Below, piece by piece: positions 22,590 to 25,375 of a stretch of 25,375 nt of DNA. The notes beneath the pieces are model-generated. The model saw only the letters and a program-made list of their open reading frames with translations. It was not told where the DNA came from and did no database searches. Position 1 is the stretch's first letter. Every line of letters begins with the position of its first letter. The DNA comes from a virus (lineage: Duplodnaviria; Heunggongvirae; Uroviricota; Caudoviricetes): positions 1 through 25,375 of IMG/VR virus record IMGVR_UViG_3300032241_002220. One strand, 5' to 3'. A program made the translations under genes and the position numbers.

Positions 22590-23545
22590 GTAAGAAAAAA
22601 ATAACCATACCACCCATAGTAAAGGAAATTAAACAACGTGTTTTTCTTCCAATAGAATACGCTTATCAGAAATCGATATCATATAGCCAATTATCTATGT
22701 TTCGTAGTTGTCCTCGTAAATGGGCTTTACAATACAAAGAGGGACATTATATTTCTGAACAGTCTATTCATATGACTTTTGGTACAGCTCTACATGAAAC
22801 TATTCAACATTATATAACCACAATGTATGAAGTGAGTGGGGCTGAAGCCGATAGAATTGATTTGGAAACCTATTTTGAAGATAAAATGGGTGAAACTTAC
22901 AGAGAGGCTTATAAACAAAACAAAAATATTCATTTTAGTAATCCTACTGAAATGAGAGAATTTTATAATGATGGTGTAGAAATTTTAAATTATCTTAAAA
23001 AGAAAAAAGGTGGGTATTTTAGTAAAAGAGGGTGGCATTTAGTGGGATGTGAAATACCTATCCAATTAACTCCTAATCCTGTTTATAAAAACATTATTTA
23101 TAAAGGTTATCTTGATTTGGTTTTATATCATGAACCAACAAATAGGTTAAAAATCATTGATATTAAAACATCAACACGTGGTTGGAATGATAAAACAAAA
23201 AAGGACGAAGATAAACAATTTCAGTTAATACTATATAAACAATACTTTAGTCAATTATATAACATTCCTATTGATAATATTGAAATAGAATTTTTTATAG
23301 TTAAACGAAAAGTACCTGAGGTAAGTGATTTTCCTATTAAACGAATACAAACTTTTACCCCAGCTAATGGTAAAGTAAAAATAAATAAAGCAACAACTGC
23401 TGTAAAGGAATTTATAGAAGAGGTATTTAATGTTGACGGAACATATAAAGATAAAGTACACCAACCTCAACCTAGCAAAAATAATTGTTTGTATTGTCCT
23501 TTCAAAAATAATAAAGAACTTTGTGATAAAGGATTAATTTTGTGA
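22586..23545 (+). CDS. PD-(D/E)XK nuclease (RecB/Cas4-like exonuclease) with a probable Fe-S cluster
   Basis: ISYSQL..F..CP, FGTALH, GYLDLV and IIDIKT, Q...Y, and C-terminal CLYCPF......C. TTG start. Confidence 0.88.
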   Translation: MSKKKITIPPIVKEIKQRVFLPIEYAYQKSISYSQLSMFRSCPRKWALQYKEGHYISEQSIHMTFGTALHETIQHYITTMYEVSGAEADRIDLETYFEDKMGETYREAYKQNKNIHFSNPTEMREFYNDGVEILNYLKKKKGGYFSKRGWHLVGCEIPIQLTPNPVYKNIIYKGYLDLVLYHEPTNRLKIIDIKTSTRGWNDKTKKDEDKQFQLILYKQYFSQLYNIPIDNIEIEFFIVKRKVPEVSDFPIKRIQTFTPANGKVKINKATTAVKEFIEEVFNVDGTYKDKVHQPQPSKNNCLYCPFKNNKELCDKGLIL

Positions 23546-23585
23546 TATCATTATATATTTATATATGATAACAAATTATTAAATT

Positions 23586-23894
23586 ATGATAAAAAATTAC
23601 ATTGATTACCTTAGAGCATTCTTTAGGAATTGGAAAGAAATTAAAGAAAACATTAATCGTATTATAGTGCAAGATTTAATTCATCGCAAAGTTGTTTTAC
23701 ACACAGATGATTTAGATGAAACATTTGCAAAAATGAAGTACATAGTAGATTATAAACCCACTTATAAGCAAAAACAATTACCTCTTCCAAATTCTGGAGA
23801 ATTAATTGATATAACTAAAATATTTAATCTATCAGAACAAGCATCTGAAGAATTTTTAAAAACTGAAACCCCCAAACACTATGAGCGAAAATAA
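23586..23894 (+). CDS. hypothetical protein (102 aa)
   Basis: ORF track; preceded by an AT-rich intergenic region. Confidence 0.55.
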   Translation: MIKNYIDYLRAFFRNWKEIKENINRIIVQDLIHRKVVLHTDDLDETFAKMKYIVDYKPTYKQKQLPLPNSGELIDITKIFNLSEQASEEFLKTETPKHYERK

Positions 23895-24075
23895 ATTAAC
23901 CCTTACATCTGTAAAAGTAAATAGTGGATTATTTGAGGAATTTAAAGTTGCAACTGTTCGTTATAAGTTTTCACTTCAAAAATTAACAGACAGAGCAATT
24001 CATCTTTATTTAACAGACGAATCTTTTAGAAAAATGATTCACAATCATACCAATTTAGATATCAAAGAAAATTAA
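23881..24075 (+). CDS. ribbon-helix-helix-like DNA-binding protein
   Basis: LTSVKV strand, helix SGLFEEFKVATVRYK and helix SLQKLTDRAIHLY. Confidence 0.55.
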   Translation: MSENKLTLTSVKVNSGLFEEFKVATVRYKFSLQKLTDRAIHLYLTDESFRKMIHNHTNLDIKEN

Positions 24076-24094
24076 ACAAAACCAAATTAGTTAT

Positions 24095-25375
24095 ATGAAT
24101 TCAAAGTTTATGTATTTACCTCCAGAGAAGAGGAAAAAAATTCTCCTAATTACAGATGATATTAGAGTACACTCAGGTGTAGCTACAGTGGGTAGAGAAA
24201 TAGTTATACACACAGCACAACATTTTAACTGGGTTACTTTAGGAGGTTCTATTAAGCATCCAGACACTGGTAAACGTTTTGATTTATCTCAATCAACTAA
24301 TGAAACAACCGGATTAACAGATTCATCAGTGATACTTTATCCTGTAGATGGTTACGGTACTCAAGAAACATTGCGGGGTATTATCGGATTTGAAAAGCCA
24401 GATGCTATAATGTTGATTACTGACCCTCGTTATTTTATTTGGTTATTTCAAATTGAAAATGAGATCCGTAGAAATATTCCTATTGCTTATTTAAATATTT
24501 GGGATGATTACCCTGCCCCTTATTATAATAGAGCATTTTATGAAGCTTGTGATTTGTTAATGGGTATATCTAAACAAACCGTTAACATCAATAAATTAGT
24601 ATTAGACGATAAAGCTAATAACAAAATTATAAAATATGTTCCTCATGGTTTAAATCACGAGTTGATGAAACCATTAGATAAAAATGATCCTGAGTTGATT
24701 AAATTTAAAAACAGTTTATTCGGAAATAAAGAATATGATTTTGTTTTATTTTTTAATTCACGTAATATCAGACGTAAACAAATACCTGATGCTATGTTAG
24801 CATATCGTTTGTTTATTGATCAATTACCTATTGAAAAAGCTAAAAAATGTGCTTTTGTTTTACATACTGAATTAGTAAGTGAACATGGAACAGATTTAGA
24901 AGCGGTTAGAGAATTATTTTTAACAGGGGACCAATACAATGTTTATTTCTCAACAAATAAACTTGATACACCGGGAATGAACCTATTGTATAACAGCACA
25001 GATGTTCAAATACTTTTAACTTCAAATGAAGGATGGGGTTTGAGTTTAACCGAAGCACTTTTAACCGGTAGTCCAATTATAGCTAATGTAACAGGTGGAA
25101 TGCAAGATCAAATGCGTTTTGTAAATGAAAAAGGTGAATGGATTGATTTTGATGCTAATTTTCCTTCAAACCATAATGGTACTTTTAAAGAATGTGGTGA
25201 GTGGGCTTTTCCCGTATTTCCAACAAGTCGCTCAATTCAAGGTTCACCTATGACTCCTTATATTTGGGATGATAGATGTACTGCTGAAGATGCTGCTGTA
25301 CAAATAATGAATGCCTATAAATTAGGTAGAGAAGAATTGAAACGCAGAGGTTTAAAAGGTAGAGAGTGGGCAATT
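24095..25375 (+). CDS. GT-B fold (family 4-like) glycosyltransferase, 3'-truncated by the window edge; not in the ORF track
   Basis: Open for 427 codons from ATG 24095 (MNSKFMYLPPEKRKKILLITDD..SGVATV). Contains VPHG, NSRNIRRKQ and SNEGWGLSLTEA (E-X7-E), and ANVTGG..DQ. Confidence 0.9.
   Translation, partial: MNSKFMYLPPEKRKKILLITDDIRVHSGVATVGREIVIHTAQHFNWVTLGGSIKHPDTGKRFDLSQSTNETTGLTDSSVILYPVDGYGTQETLRGIIGFEKPDAIMLITDPRYFIWLFQIENEIRRNIPIAYLNIWDDYPAPYYNRAFYEACDLLMGISKQTVNINKLVLDDKANNKIIKYVPHGLNHELMKPLDKNDPELIKFKNSLFGNKEYDFVLFFNSRNIRRKQIPDAMLAYRLFIDQLPIEKAKKCAFVLHTELVSEHGTDLEAVRELFLTGDQYNVYFSTNKLDTPGMNLLYNSTDVQILLTSNEGWGLSLTEALLTGSPIIANVTGGMQDQMRFVNEKGEWIDFDANFPSNHNGTFKECGEWAFPVFPTSRSIQGSPMTPYIWDDRCTAEDAAVQIMNAYKLGREELKRRGLKGREWAI

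Noticed and set aside
72-23470. Minus-strand ORFs in the track (72-503, 576-794, 5434-5616, 9327-9596, 13717-13911, 17097-17312, 18192-18608, 20505-20687, 22393-22575, 23255-23470)
   Set aside because: Each lies antisense to a well-supported + strand gene, is rich in Leu/Ile/Phe/Ser as expected for the reverse of AT-rich coding DNA, and has no motif or leader.
22586-23545. Cas4-like nuclease as evidence for a CRISPR-Cas system
   Set aside because: I found no repeat-spacer array and no cas1/cas2 or effector gene. Stand-alone PD-(D/E)XK nucleases are common in phages.
24083-24100. 17/18 match to the sequence at the HE3 end (17853-17870)
   Set aside because: It is short, AT-rich and leader-like, with no upstream TTTGG and no endonuclease remnant, so it was not treated as a mobile-element scar.
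1-25375. Alternative genetic code (stop-codon reassignment, as in some large gut phages)
   Set aside because: Long conserved genes are intact under the standard bacterial code. TAG ends queE and the clamp gene, and TGA ends several genes, at positions matching the next start.
1-25375. Bacterial chromosome origin, suggested by groEL, groES, smpB, folE and que genes
   Set aside because: The T4-like polymerase, clamp and loader, the endolysin with putative holin, three free-standing endonucleases, many tiny ORFs and single-strand packing fit a phage much better.

Overview
This is a very AT-rich, gene-dense window with about 45 CDS, all on the + strand. It reads as part of a large (jumbo-type) dsDNA bacteriophage rather than a bacterial chromosome. 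From left to right it holds: a lysis module (putative holin and GH19 endolysin); a small cluster with a RadA/Sms-type ATPase carrying two N-terminal AT-hooks; and a 7-deazaguanine pathway spread over about 8.5 kb (TGT/DpdA-like gene, queC, queD, queE, folE, plus a phosphoribosyltransferase coupled to folE), interleaved with thioredoxins, smpB and glycosyltransferase-like genes. Next come a T4-like replisome (dUTPase, family B polymerase, sliding clamp, two clamp-loader subunits) and a groES-groEL pair. The right end has a DUF1599/Nmad1-like gene, a methyltransferase, a PD-(D/E)XK nuclease and a GT4 glycosyltransferase cut by the window edge. Three free-standing GIY-YIG/NUMOD1 endonuclease genes are scattered through the window. 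A recurring TTTGG-N19-TATATT promoter-like motif, A-rich leaders without a Shine-Dalgarno and a Gln+1 signal peptide point to a Bacteroidota host (inference). The most unusual items are the non-canonical deazaguanine enzymes (QueC without zinc cysteines, QueE with CX3CX35C, the coupled PRTase), the AT-hook ATPase, and endonuclease genes whose last codons contain the promoter of the next gene. I found no tRNA, tmRNA, rRNA or CRISPR array. All family calls come from motif recognition by eye; no database search was run.
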